Positions 1-14,000 of a DNA stretch of 64,000 nt are shown piece after piece (within the stretch, counting starts at the first letter, position 1; each line of letters starts with the position of its first letter). The position numbers and the translations under genes are program-made. The notes beneath the pieces are model-generated. The model made no database searches, was not told the DNA's origin, and saw only the letters and a list, made by a program, of their open reading frames with translations. The DNA comes from Narcine bancroftii (lineage: Eukaryota): positions 79,856,001-79,920,000 of the forward strand of contig NC_091473.1 in the NCBI RefSeq assembly GCF_036971445.1. The letters are read 5' to 3'.

Positions 1-999
1 GTTGTTACATGCCCGCTTGGCTGCTTGATGTCAGTCATTCATGCACAAAAATCAAAATTCCCTGATGTTTTAAGGTCAGCTCGTGCTACCAATGTAAGCA
101 CAGAATGTAACAAGAAATTCTTATTATGTGTGTGCCAGCTCTTTGTTTGTTAGTCCCATCCCTTTCTTTGCTTGTCATATTGTTATTTGTCCCTTAAAGA
201 TTGCAATGACCTCAGTTTAAATCATTGGTAATTTATTGCTTTGATACTTTGACATATGATCAGTAGCTCAGTGATTGGATTTGACATATTGGAGAAGTAT
301 GTTTTATTATTTATACAAAGTTCAATATGTCTATGCATTAGCAATTGTTTCATCATCATTTTTTACAGCCCCACTATTACCTGTTAGCTATCAGATAGAG
401 AGCATATGCGATACACTTGATGGCATAAGAAAAAGTTTTGTCTGCCACTTTCAGGTCTTAGTGGTCTTTATTTTCATCCATTGTTGTGGCTCTGTATATA
501 TTTATTTTAAGCATGAGTATATTTTGTCTCATTTAATCAGTAGAACCTATTTCTGTGTTCTACCTCTCATCAATGGTACTTCCATGGACCATGATAACAG
601 GACCTTTCTCCTCCCTTTCCAAATTCCTATGCAGGTTAGATGAAATGTCCATACCCAGGTTACACAGTATTTGGTACTCTTTCTTTTTGAAAATTTAATT
701 TATCATTGTATCAATACAAAAGAAATTCAATAATGTAACATTAATCATTTAGTCATACATAGTGATACAATAAAAAGGACTTTTAAATTTTTCTCCCCAA
801 CCCCCCCCCCACCCCTCCCAAAAGAAAGAAAAAAAGGAAAAGGAAAGAACACCTATTAGTATTTGGTACTCTTGATCCTTATTACAGAGAATAGTATCTA
901 ATCCCCTGACCATTTATTATCACTACTGTCAGACATAAGTGGATGATGATTATCAAACTGATTTTGAATTGATTTTCATCCATTAACATACATAAGCCA

Positions 1000-1630
1000 C
1001 TGATGCAGGGAGACTGGGGAATGAAGACACAGTGCTGCTCTGAAGGGTTCAACTGCCCAATCCTAATGCCGCCAGCTCTGTACAAGCCTTAAACAGCCTG
1101 CTAAAGGAGCCAGCGGTGTTTATAAGTAAAATCCTGCAACAGTGGAAGTCTGTGCCCAAGATGGTAATGCCTGAGTTCACGAGGGTTTGCAGACTCTGGG
1201 GAGAACACTCTAGTTGAGAAGGAGAAGCAGAAGAGACAACCTTACAAGATGGTGACAACAGCGGAGGACCAGCGAAGGGCTCAACAGCATACAGGCTGCA
1301 GATGAATTTAAGCTCAGGGAACCCTCACGGGCTGGGGATGCTGGAGTTACCTGGTATTGGAGTTGGGATTGGAGAGGGTACTGAGGGCAAAATGGGCTCC
1401 TGGCGGTCTGGACCTGGAGCACAGATTGCCAATGAATTGAACAGGAATCTGTGTGGTTGCAGAAGCACTGGAGGCGAATCCACAGACACTAGTGATTCTG
1501 AAGGAATTCTCTTCTGCTTCACTTTCTCTCTTACTGTAAGGGGCGTCACTAAGTGACATGAATGGTGATTGACTGCCTTACGGCAGGCAGAAGGCAATTT
1601 CATGTAATGTTACATGACAATAAAGGAATA
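1000..1630 (+). repeat. Unclassified interspersed repeat, copy 1 (probably a non-autonomous retroelement)
   Basis: Shares tgctctgaagggttcaactgcc, aaaatcctgcaac...tctgtgcccaagatg, tctctcttactgtaag and the ...acatgacaataaa tail with 4265-4965; ends approximate. Confidence 0.6.
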
Positions 1631-1800
1631 ATGTTAAAAGCATTTAGCTTTTCATTTTAACTACTACTTCTCATGCCAATGGCAATAATCACATGGAATT
1701 TATTTTAAGCTTCTTTGGTTGACATTTTTAGATAACTATGCTTGATTTTCAGTAAAATTCTGATAATATCTTTATTCATATGTTTCTCCAATAATTTTAG

Positions 1801-2061
1801 CTCCCTGCAGCCCCCAGAATACCAGTGCTCATTTGGACTGTGACACACACACAACATCAGTGTGGTGGGAGCAGAGTGATGGTGCCGCGTTCTACACTGC
1901 CATAGCAGAAGGAATGGAAGGAGACAGGTACTCGTGCAATGCAACAGAAGCAAACTGTGAGATCATGGGGCTCCCGTGTGGCCAGATGTACAATATAACT
2001 GTGTTAGCAATGGACGAGAACTACACCAGTTTACCAAGTCCAGCTTTTGAAATTGAAACAG
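1801..2061 (+). CDS. FN3 exon A1 ([16 protein letters not shown]...AFEIET)
   Basis: ttttag|CTCCC...ACAG|gtaagt, 261 nt, open frame. Confidence 0.93.
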
Positions 2062-5000
2062 GTAAGTTGAGGTTTTTAATGAAAGCACTAAAGTGCATAA
2101 AATATAAGAATGATGTGAATTATTATATCATTAAACCCTGTGCATCAATAATAATAAATTGTATTTTCTTTATTGATAATTCAAGCAAGTTTTTGATATA
2201 AACTCATCTACTCTAGTGTTAATCCTATCAAGTAAAGATCAAGATTGTAGGCCTCTATTGCATAATTCATTTTTTTTCAGTACTGTGATATAATTTCTTC
2301 TAACTTTCTCCCTTGTACAGTCCCTTGTATCCCACAGAATGTGGTAGCTCACATCAGCTGTGAAAATAACACTGTGTCTGCATTTTGGGATCCCAGTAAT
2401 GGCTCAGAGACATATTTTGTGACAGCACAAGGAACCAATGGCCATTGGGGCTCCTGCAGTTCAACAGGCACTGAATGTGAGATCTCTGACGTTTATTGTG
2501 GCCTGAACTATTATATAACTGTTCAGGCAAACCGTATGGGCTGTAATAGTTCACAAAGCCATGCTTTAATCATTAAAACAGGTAATTTCAGGAAACACAT
2601 ATAACAATAAATTCTGTCCACATTCTGTGAAATTGTCTCTTTTATATCTTACCGTTACATGGTTCAGTAATTGTACTTAGGTTCAATTTTTTATTTGCAG
2701 TACCATGTGTCCCCCAGAATGTTGACGCTCACATCGACTGTGATGATGGACATATGTCAGTCTCCTGGGGGTTCAGTAAAGGAGCAATATCATACATTGC
2801 TACTGCAGAAGGAAGCAACATGCAGCAATGCAGCACCAATGATACACTGTGTGATATCACTGACCTGTACTGTGGAGAGACCTACACTGTCACAGTCCAT
2901 GCGCACGATGACATGTGTGACACAACTAAAAGTCCTTCCATCACAAGGAGAACAGGTAACTGGGGAAATGCAACTTCCCTGAATCACTCATTTCTCTGTC
3001 AATCGTGCTACCTTAATTTTTGCACCAGCCAAAATACTGTTAGTCAGAAAAACTTACAAAGACATTTGTCTGAAGATTTTCATGAAGAACATTAAAAATC
3101 CTGAAAGGATTTGGCCCTTTGAGTCTGATTTGGCATAAGCAGGATCATCACTGATCTATCTCAATGCAATATCTGCATTATCCCCCCTTGATTTCTTTCA
3201 TATTATTGGCTTCTAGCTGAATGAATTCAGTAACTTAGACTCCACCACCTCTGGATGTGGACAATTCCATAGTTTCACCACACTCTGCATGAAGATAGCT
3301 CACTTATCGTAGTCCTAAATGGCCTTCCCTTTGTTCCGAGGCTTGGGTTCTAAATTTCTCAGTTGAAGGAAGCATCCTTTCTGCATCCAAACTGTCAAGC
3401 CTCAATTTTGTAATTTAAATGAAATCTCTTCTCATTTTTCTTAACTAGAGAAAATAGGCTAAGTTCCATCCCAGGAACCAGTCTTATGAACCTTGATTGC
3501 ACTTATTCTGTGACAGTATTTATTTTTTAGGTACATCATATTCAGGGTGTGGCCTCACCAAGCCCCTATTTAATTGCAGAAATTAAATAAACAACTCCTG
3601 AAGTTTACCTGCTGCTCAACAACTGCTCTTTTTCTTCCTTTCCTTTTTCAGTTTCGTGCATCCCACAGAATCTGGATGTGCAGCTGGACTGTGACACAAA
3701 TGATGCTTCAGTGCTGTGGAGCCACACGAGAGGTGCAGTGTCTTACTCTGCAACAGCAGAAGGAAGTGATGGGCACACAGTGTCCTGTGAGACATCCAAG
3801 AGAGAATGTCAGTTAACTGAGCTACACTGTGGACAGATGTATAATTTAACTCTGACAGCACTGGACGGAGTGTGTGACAACTCACAAAGCCCCCTGTTTG
3901 TGTTCAACACTGGTAAGACTGTTATAAAGAATTGCATGATTTAAAATCTGGCCAACCAATCCATTCATTCTATATAGGTACTTGTTTGAAGATTTTGCAC
4001 TGCATGAAAATTGGAGGACTTTTTCCTTAGGTTTAAATCTGATCTTGTTAAGTTACATGCATAGGATTTCTATCTTCAGACTTCAAGACCAAACTCCTGG
4101 AAAGTCCTGCTAGCTGATTTCCAATCTCTATGTGCCTCATCAACAGCTTGTTCACCATTCTATGTGCTGATCCATAAATTTCCTGCACATATATATTAAC
4201 ATGCTTTTCTAGTCCTTTTTTTCCAACGTCAAGTGGCTTTGCACCTTGGTTAGCCAACGCATCACTATCAAGACTGCTCTTTCAAACATTCTGGCGCTGC
4301 CAGAGCTGCTGTAAGGGCTGCACTGACACCTATGTGGAGCCTCAAGAGTGGAGAGTGCAGACTCAGCACTGCTCTGAAGGGTTCAACTGCCGAGTTTATG
4401 CCATCGGCTCTGTACAGACATTAAACTAAAATCCTGCAACCACGGGTCTGTGCCCAAGATGACAGCGCCTATACTCAGCAGTGAACATGAGTGTTGCAAA
4501 CTCCGGGGAGCAGCACACTGGCACAGAGCACCAGAAGCTGGGGAGCACCCTCCATTGACAAGGAGAAGCAGTGGAGTTGACTCTTTTGGACCAATGAGGG
4601 GCTCAGGGAACCAGGTATTGGAGCCAGGGTTCGAGGGGGTGTTGAGAGCTAGAAAATCTCCCAAAAAGCCTCAGGCACTGAAGGCTTCTTGATTGTGTTG
4701 GAGGTTTAGATCTGGAGCTCACGTTGCTGGTTGATCGAACAGGAGTCTTTGCAGCTGCAGAGGTTGTAGAAGCACTGGATGCGAATCCACAGATACACAG
4801 TGACTCTGAAGAGACTCTCTTTTGCTTCTCTTTCTCTCTTACTGTAAGAGGTGCAGGGCGACACCAATGGGGGCACTTTATTTGCCTTACAGCAGGCAGA
4901 AAACAGTTTCATGTAATATTACATGTTCTGTACTATTACATGACAATAAAAGAATTGAATCTTGTAGTCCCTAAAATCCTGCATTTCATCCTTCTATTTG

Positions 5001-8000
5001 CTGAAGCCCACACGGATTCCATTTTTTGCTCTTGTTTTGTGTCTGTTTTTTTAAATATTCTACAATGCAATATTTGAGAGAAGCATTGATGATTTCTGTA
5101 AACTGTATGTACCAGCATTGGCTTAATCTGCAATTGGTTGACCTGAATTCTGATCTTTAAAATGATAAATAAAAGTCTTGGTAATTTGTAAAAGTAATCC
5201 ATTTGATTGATCTGAAATAATTGGATGTCCAATTGTTAAGTGAAACATGTATAACAAAATTTAAGATGGACGAATGTTGGCTTGAATTATACAAACCACC
5301 CCCCCACCCCAATAGGGGGATTCTTTGTTGAAATTTAATTTTTCTACAACTCAGACACATACACTTCTGCTTTTCTTCTCCCTGCCAAATTCTTTTACCA
5401 GTAGTTGTAAAACTTCTTTTTTTTTTCAGCTTTGGGGGTTGGGGGGGGTGGTGCTCTTTTTGTCATCATATGAAACTTCTCGAGGGGAATGCTATTATCA
5501 TGGTCTATGAGTCCACTTATATAACTTTGGAAATATAACCATATACAGCACAGAACAGGCCAGTTTGGCCCTACTAGTCCATGCCAGAACAAATCCCCAC
5601 CCTCCTCGTCCCACTGACCAGCACCTGGTCCATACCCCTCCAATCCTCTCCCCTCCATGTAATTATCCAGTCTTTCCTTAAATGTAAATAATGTCCTTGC
5701 TTCAACCACGTCTGTCGGAAGCTCATTCCACATCCCCACCACCCTTTGCATAAAGAAATTTCCCCTCATGTTCCCCTTATAATTTTCCCCCTGCAATAGG
5801 CCTCTGGTTTGAATATCCCCCACTCTTAATTGAAAAAGCCTATCCACGTTGACTCTCTCTGACCTTTTTAAAATCTTGAACACCTCCATCAAATTCCCCC
5901 TCAATTTTCTACACTCCAGAGAAAAAAGCCCCAGGCTGCTCAACCTTTCTCTGTAACTCAAACCCTGACATCCTGTCAACATTCTCGTGAACCTTCTCTG
6001 CACTCTCTCTATTTTGTTTATATCCTTCCTATAATTCGGTGACCAAAACTGCACACAGTATTCCAAATTTGGCCTCACCAATGCCTTGTACAATTTCAAC
6101 ATAACATCCCAACTCTTGAATTCAATACTCCGATTTATGAAGGCCAACATTCCAAATGCCTTCTTCACCACACCATCTACCTGAGTATCAACTTTGAGGG
6201 TACTATTTACCATAACTCCTAAATCCCTTTGTTGCTCTGCACTCCTCAATTGTCTACCATTCAATGACCATGCACTCCTGTCACATTTTATAATGATGAT
6301 CCTTGATGCACATGAAGACATCATTGCTATTACAATGAGAGTAGGATTAAGAGTGCTCCAGGGCAAAGTGAGTCTTTGTGATTCAGAAGTACTTGTGTTT
6401 TTGGACTGTGTCAGCCCAGAAAAGATTATGACCCCTGATTGCTGATTGGAGTCCCTGAAAATACTATTCAACTTCCTTTTGACTTGTTAACCATCCTTTC
6501 TCTTTATGATCTCACCAGGCATTCACCCTGACTCAACAGCTTTTCTCCCAACCAACAGTTGGTGGCCCCTCCACCAATGATTGCCAATACTTTACTGTTA
6601 CCTCAATGTTACCTCAACTTCACAGAAGGATCAGTATAGAGAAAGAACCAAAGACTTGTTGATCCAAACCAAGGCTTTTATTAACTAAAAGACTGGAGCA
6701 TATCACATGTAGGTCAACCAGTCCAGATGACCTGGTCTGGCTAGGAGCAATCCTTTAAGACCTGCCAGTAGGCGTGGCTATGCTCTCAGCCAATCACAGT
6801 CATCCTACACTACCATCTGAACATATACACATTGGTGATCGAATCTGTACTATCACAATCAGTTCATTCTCACCCATGTGGTATTATTCCCATTGGACCC
6901 AGTCCTGGCTTTGAACATCCCTGTTTACCTTTGTGCTCACTGCAAAGGTAGAGATCACAGGAGGACAAGTTCAAAGTGGGAGCACTTAACACTTTGGGTA
7001 ATTGTAGCTGCCAAATTCTTAAGTATGATGTGCAACCAATGGAGTCATAGTTAGAATAACATATTTCTTTGGGTACTGGTGCATCTTTAGGCCAATGAAT
7101 ACCATTACACGTTGGAACTTTGAATTTCTATAACAGGTTGATATGATTAACTGGCGCAGAGAACAAAAAATGTTCAGAAGTCACTGTTGTAAATATTTCA
7201 AACAGTGCACCACAGTACATGTCATAATAATGAAGTGTAAATTTGCATGAATGATTAATTTTAAATGCATTCTTCAATGACACTGGTGATATTTTTTCAC
7301 ATTAGAAAACTATTTACTTTCAAAAGGGGACTTTCCTGCTTTAAAAACAGCAGGGATTTTCTTTCTTGACAATTCTTTGGAATCAAATATATGGTATTGA
7401 AATTAAATCAAAGACTTCCAACTGTGTGGATTTGTGCTCAAGATACTCTTTCATAGGTCATAATCAGTTTGTGTTTTGCAGCTCCTTGTGCACCCAAGTA
7501 TGTTTCCACCCATCTGAACTGTGACACAAAGAGTGTGTCAGTGAGCTGGGAGTATAGTGATGGTGCAATGCAGTACCTTGTAAATGCAGAAGGACAAGAT
7601 GGACACACATCACTATGTCGCACAACATGGACAAAGTGTGATTCAATGGACCTGCACTGCAGTCAAACGTATTCATTAACTGTGACAGCAATGGATGGTT
7701 CCTGTCAAAGTATAAGTACCGTTATTGAAACTGAAACAGGTACGATTTCTAAAGATTTTTTGGATTTGTGGGAAATGCAGCAATTGTAAATACTTCTCTG
7801 AGATCTAAAGTTGCGCCAAGAGTTGTTCTTTGAATATAGGAAAAGTAGCTGATCACAAGACAATTAATATAGCCATTGTACAGAATTGTCTTATTGCTCC
7901 TCAGGTACAACATGAGTGGCATTTTGTAATCATTCCCTGTGAAGAGCCTCATTTGCTAGTAGCTGAAATTTAGCTTTAGATGTCCATTTACTAAGTTCGT

Positions 8001-11000
8001 TACACTGAAAATGTATCTTTGAAATTTCATTAAAAACCGTTCCTGAGATGGTGTATTCACAGATCAGAAGGTGGTCCTAATCCCAAATACTGCTTCTTTA
8101 TTGACTTCCTCTCTTCATAACATAGGAAGTGAGGATGTTGCCTGATGAATTACACAGTGTTCATTTCCATTCTCTCAGCAAGTGAAGCTGCTGTACCTAT
8201 AGCAAACAAGATCTAGATACAGGAAATTCACAATGGGCTGAAAAATGCCTTTTTTCGAAAAGGCTAATTTTTTAAATTTTAATTTCAAACTATTTATTTG
8301 GCATTCAATTCATTTTTGAGGAAAAAAGCAATGCTAGAATTCTTTTGAATTATGAGGTTAAATGGCCAGTAAGACAGGGAGCTTACGTAAAGGAGATGGG
8401 ATCCAATGCATCCAGCAGGATCAAAACAATTTTACAAGGGCATTTCTTGTTCATTTTCTTAAGGGCCTAATCATAATTTACCATTCACGATGAATTGAAT
8501 GTCTCTAAATGGTGATCTAGTTACAGCAATACCATTGGAGATCTCTTCATAACGAGTATATTTTCTGAATTCATTAATCAAAAAAACCATTCCCTCTGCT
8601 TCCAACTCTGCAGATGCCTGATCTGTTGAGTATTTCTAACATTTTATGTTTCAGATTTCTTTTTTTCAAATTCATTCAATAATTTTGGAATTCAACAGAG
8701 AGAATGGACTCAAGGGGCTGAATGACTCATTTCTCTCCCAATTTTATATTTGTCCTGTTGAAATGCAGCACTGATACCAATAATTTGTTACATTTATCTT
8801 TCCTCACCTCCAAAAGCCCCGTGTCCCCCTCAGAACGTACAAGCTGACTGTGATGCTGTCATTGCGTTTGTAACATGGGAGCCGAGTAATCTCACAGTGT
8901 GGTACACTGCAACAGCTGAGGGGAGTGATGGGCACACAGCCACCTGCACCACATCTGAAACAAGCTGTCTAATCCCAGATCTTCACTGCAGCCAAGTATA
9001 CAGCATCTCAGTGCTCGCGTTTGGTGAAACCTGCAGCAGCCTCCAAAGCTCCAGCTATGAAATTCAGACAGGTAATGTGGAAGGAGAGAAGTTTTGTATA
9101 ACACCATTCATCTCCTCAGGATATCTTGAGATCAGTTGATGTGCTGCCAGTTTACATTCATAGACCATGGCAGTAAGCCCTTGAAAGGAACATAAGCTGA
9201 ACAAGGTTGATATGGCTTTTGCGTTGGAAGGTGAATTATGCTCAGTGCAACATCCTGTTCCTCTCCAGAAAAGAGTTCTTGGAATATTTGAACAGAACAG
9301 ACATGGCCCTGAATAAAAGTCTCTTTGGAAATACAGATCTGATCAAGGATCTCACACTCTCAGTACAACGTTAACCCATCAACTGGAGTCATGAAGCAGG
9401 CAGCTAGTGCTTGGAAAATGGTGGGAATCAACTGAGTGTATCTCTTAGTGAGGTTTCTGACCTTTGTAGGGCTACACAAGGCTATAACTAGATTTCTGAA
9501 GTGGCACCATCAAACTGTTAATTGGGGTCTGATAATGCACTTCTGGCTGCCGATACTGGAGTGAATGGGTAAAATGGGGGCCATGCTCACTCTGGCAAAC
9601 ATCAAGTCACTGTCCAATTAAACTGGACTGCAAAGGGGAGTTATCCATTATATTTGTAGAGATTGTCAGAGTAGAACTACTGTTTATCATACCGAAGGGT
9701 GGTGAATATATGAATCAAGCTATGTGAGGAAGCTCTAGAGGTGGGTACAATATGACATTTAGAAGACCTTTGGAAGGGTACATGGATAGGGAATGTTTGG
9801 AGGGATATGAGGTAGGAAGGATTTAGTATTTTGTTTTTGGTAGGAATATATAGGTTAGCATATCATCAAAGACCGACAGGCCTGTACTGTGCTGTAATGT
9901 TCTATATTCTTTGTTCTATGCAGCAGTATCATGGAACTCATCCAATTAACCATTATTTTGAAGTGCAAAATATCTAAAGATGAGCCAAACAAATCTGAGA
10001 TATAGAACATCTGTCAAAGAGAAAAGGAGCTAGAAACATCTATCCTGCCAGCATAAATGAATGTGTGCCCACTTCTGCCCCAAAGCCACCATCTTGTAGG
10101 GTTTTGTGATGGCCCTGTTATTAGTGGAAGCACAGCAGGCCTACAATCTACTGATTTAATCTTTAAGCAATCCAGAACATAGCGACTTCACTAAACACAA
10201 TAGATATCTACAATAACCTGAGGATTTGGAGATTAGTATTATATCCATATCTGAAGTCATTAAAGTAAAGAGCCAGAGAGAATCGTGGGAGAATTAGCAC
10301 TTAAACTGGCAGAAAGCCATGGTAAACCAGTCATTACTGGGACTTTTGGAGCTGTAAAGCAGACAACTGGATTGACAGGAAAAAGGGATGATTTTGTAAT
10401 CCTTTTCATTCAGTAGATTTTAATGTTTATTTTTCCTTTTTAAAGCATCATGTGCCCCTGATGAAATCATTTCCAATGTGGATTGTAACTCCAATAGAGT
10501 GGTAGTTTCATGGGCAAGGTCTAATGCAACGATCTCGTATGATATAACTGCAGAAGGAACTGATGGACATACACACTCACACAACACAACAGAGACACGC
10601 TATGAAATGCTGGATTTACACTGTGGACAGTCCTATAACATAACCGTTACAACACTGAGTTATGGTCGGCGCAGTATTTCAAGTACTTCCATCCAAATCC
10701 AAACTGGTAATTAATCTTCTAATTTTACCTTAATTGTTCATATTTATGGATAATTATGTAATAAATGGCATTCACTTGTATTTTATACATAGCACCATGC
10801 ATTCCTGAGAATCTAACAGCTGAGCTGAATTGTGATTTGAATACAATATCCTTCTGGTGGGATGAGACTGATGGAGCAAAGTTATACACTGTGACCATTC
10901 GAGACAGGCAAAGAGTCACGGCTTTATTCAACACAAGTGATGCAAGCGCTCAAATCCAAAACCTACAGTGTGGTGAATATTACACAATCTCTGTTCTAGC

Positions 11001-14000
11001 AACAGATGACATCTGCAGGAGCCCTCAAAGTGCAGTGGTGAATGTACATGCAGGTATCACTCAATGTAACATCTTAAAACATGAACTCTTACATTCTACA
11101 GACAATATGTAAAGGTCCTGTGTTTTTTTTTCATCCAGTTGCTCTCTTTGTTAAGTGGATTTCTCCATATATTGCAGTATTCTTGGCAATTGGCTCTTTG
11201 GAAAATTTGCATTGTTTGTTATGATGCTTATGGTTTCAGAAAGATAGCTATGTCTCACAGCTGTTATGCACAGAAGGAGCACAGTTCTAATTTTATGCTA
11301 GCCATTTGTGTGCAGTTACATTTACATTAAATTTGTTTTAATTTGAAATTCACTCTGCATTATAAAGTGACAATTACCAGAGTAATTCAATCATGCACTG
11401 TTTATTTGGACTCACACTTGTTGTTGATCCAATTTTCTTACATCCATTTTAACTTTCAATCTTATTTTCAGTTGCTTGTGACCCACAGAATGTCAAAGTA
11501 CAACTGGATTGTGACCTCAATACAGCACTGGTGTTGTGGGATGAGAGTAAGGGAGCTCTGGAGTACACTGCCATTGTAGAAGGAGTTGATGGGAGCATTG
11601 TGTCATGTAGCACAACAGAAACATCATGTAGAACACCCCTGCTACGTTGCAGCCAATTATATTTCATATATGTTGTAGCATCTGACAGCACTTGTAACCA
11701 ATCTCTGAGTACAATGGTTGAAATTCAGACAGGTAACTAATCAATGATGTGGCATGTACTGCTGAAAAGTAAACTTGCAGTATTTTCTATTAACCAGAAA
11801 TGCACTGTAGTGTTTTGCTGTATCGTACTGTGTAAAAATGTCAATAATTCCTAGCGCTTCAGTCATCCAAATGATTTGAATGTTTCATTGAGTTTATAAT
11901 CTCAATCTTGCATTTTATCTTTTCAATGTTTATAAGAATTTTTAGACTTTTTTTCAAAATTTGTTTTATTTACCTATATTTTGAATATACACTAAACCCC
12001 CTGGTATCTGGCACCTATGGGGATTGATAGATGCTGGAGAAGTGAATTTTCTGGTTGCTTGATATTGCATGTTACATGATTAGTGAACTAACGGTGACGC
12101 ACACGTTTTAAACTTCGGTATATTTTACCTATTTATTTTCCGCTTTTTTTTTGCTGGTTGCTTGAATTTCAGAAAACAGGGGTTTTACTGTACATAACAA
12201 TTGACTGTGCCTATAGCTATTTTTTTAAATTTCTCCAGCACCCTGCAGTCCCCAGAATACCAGTGCTCATTTGGACTGTGCAACACACACAACGACAGTG
12301 TGGTGGGATCACAGTGATGGTGCCGTGTTCTACACTGCCATAGCAGAAGGAATGGAAGGAGACAGGTACTCGTGCAATGCAACAGAAGCAAACTGTGAGA
12401 TCATGGGGCTCCCGTGTGGCCAGATGTTCAGTATAACTGTGTTAGCAATGGATGAGAACTGCACCAGTTTACCAAGTCAAAAGTTTGAAATTCAAACAGG
12501 TAAAATTATGACAGTATTTTTACTTATCAAGAAAAATAATGACCTTCCATTATTAAAACTGTAATTCAATTAAACTTACAATGAACTTATTTTATAATTA
12601 TTACAAACTTAAACATCTAGCAATCAATTGTACCAACTGCTGACCAAACTGCCTCAGTGGATCTGTGGCTATGTGTATATTTCTGGATTATTTTGCACTC
12701 ATTGTTATTGCTGCAAGTTTCATCAATGATCTTGGAAATAGGAGTGGTCTTTGTATATTGTTTCCTTTAAACTGCAGTCTGAAATGGATTTGAAGGTGAT
12801 TCACTGTCCCAGTGATGTTTATGGGTTCACATGATTAAAATGGCCACTGGCTCTCAATGAATACAACTATGTTGGGTGCCATCAGTGATCTAGATTACTA
12901 ATTACTGAACAGTTGGATCAGCTCCACAGTGCTGGTGTTCAAACTCTGCACATTCTGCCTCAGGTGCAATGTTCTGTTCTACGGTCAAAGCTATATATCT
13001 GAGAGTTAGTTAATCAGTTACTGAATATTGTCCTGTGTGGTGAGCTATGGTGAATAGTAACAGTTTCTCATCAACTATTCCAAGCTAGCTGGTACAACAA
13101 TGTAGAAAAAGCTAAGACTTACATTTACATCAAACTCATTGTGGGCTTGGGATACTGAAAAGAGCATTTCAATGTTTAATTGAGTACCCAAACATGGCAT
13201 ATTCCCTTGGATATTTTTTATGAGAATCTTGGACTGGCAAGTGAAAGTAGTGTCACCCCAGATAACTAGCATGACATGTTGTATAAGACAAACATAATTC
13301 TTCCATAATTCTTGGTTATGTAATCCAGATTTGCTGTGCACTTATTTGCAAACATTATTGCCTGTTGATCCAGATCAACCCCATTTCTTCTCATCCAATA
13401 TTTTAATCTTGACCTCACTTGTGCTATTTTCCTGTCTACTTCTCTTCACTAAAGGGATCTCCATAATTCTCACTTCTTTTTATTTAACATGACAGGAAAT
13501 ACCTTGTTTTCTGCTAATGAGAATACAGGAATAATTTGAAATGATGTGAAATTTATATATGATTCACATTCACAGTTATTACATTTACTCATGGTTACTA
13601 ACTTAATCATCGTCGTGTTAGACGTGTAAGTGTTGCTGCACAAATAATTCTGAAACAAAGTCCACAGATTGTTCTTCTTTGGCTTGGCTTCGCGGACGAA
13701 GATTTATAGAGGGGTAAATGTCCACGTCAGCTGCAGGCTCGTTTGTGGCTGACAAGTCCGATGCGGGACAGGCAGACACGGTTGCAGGGGAAAATTGGTT
13801 GGTTGGGGTTGGGTGTTGGGTTTTTCCTCCTTTGCCTTTTGTCAGTGAGGTGGGCTCTGCGGTCTTCTTCAAAGGAGGTTGCTGCCCGCCAAACTGTGAG
13901 GCGCCAAGATGCACGGTTGGAGGCGAGATCAGCCCACTGGCGGTGGTCAATGGGGCAGGCACCAAGAGATTTCTTTAGGCAGTCCTTGTACCTTTTCTTT

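Noticed and set aside
2671-2982. Recurrent alternative-frame and antisense ORFs over exons B, C, D and F
   Set aside because: They recur only because the underlying exons are near-identical; there is no independent evidence of coding.
5395-6471. 358-aa ORF as a host gene
   Set aside because: Its core is CR1 ORF2; both ends are read-through into flanking DNA.
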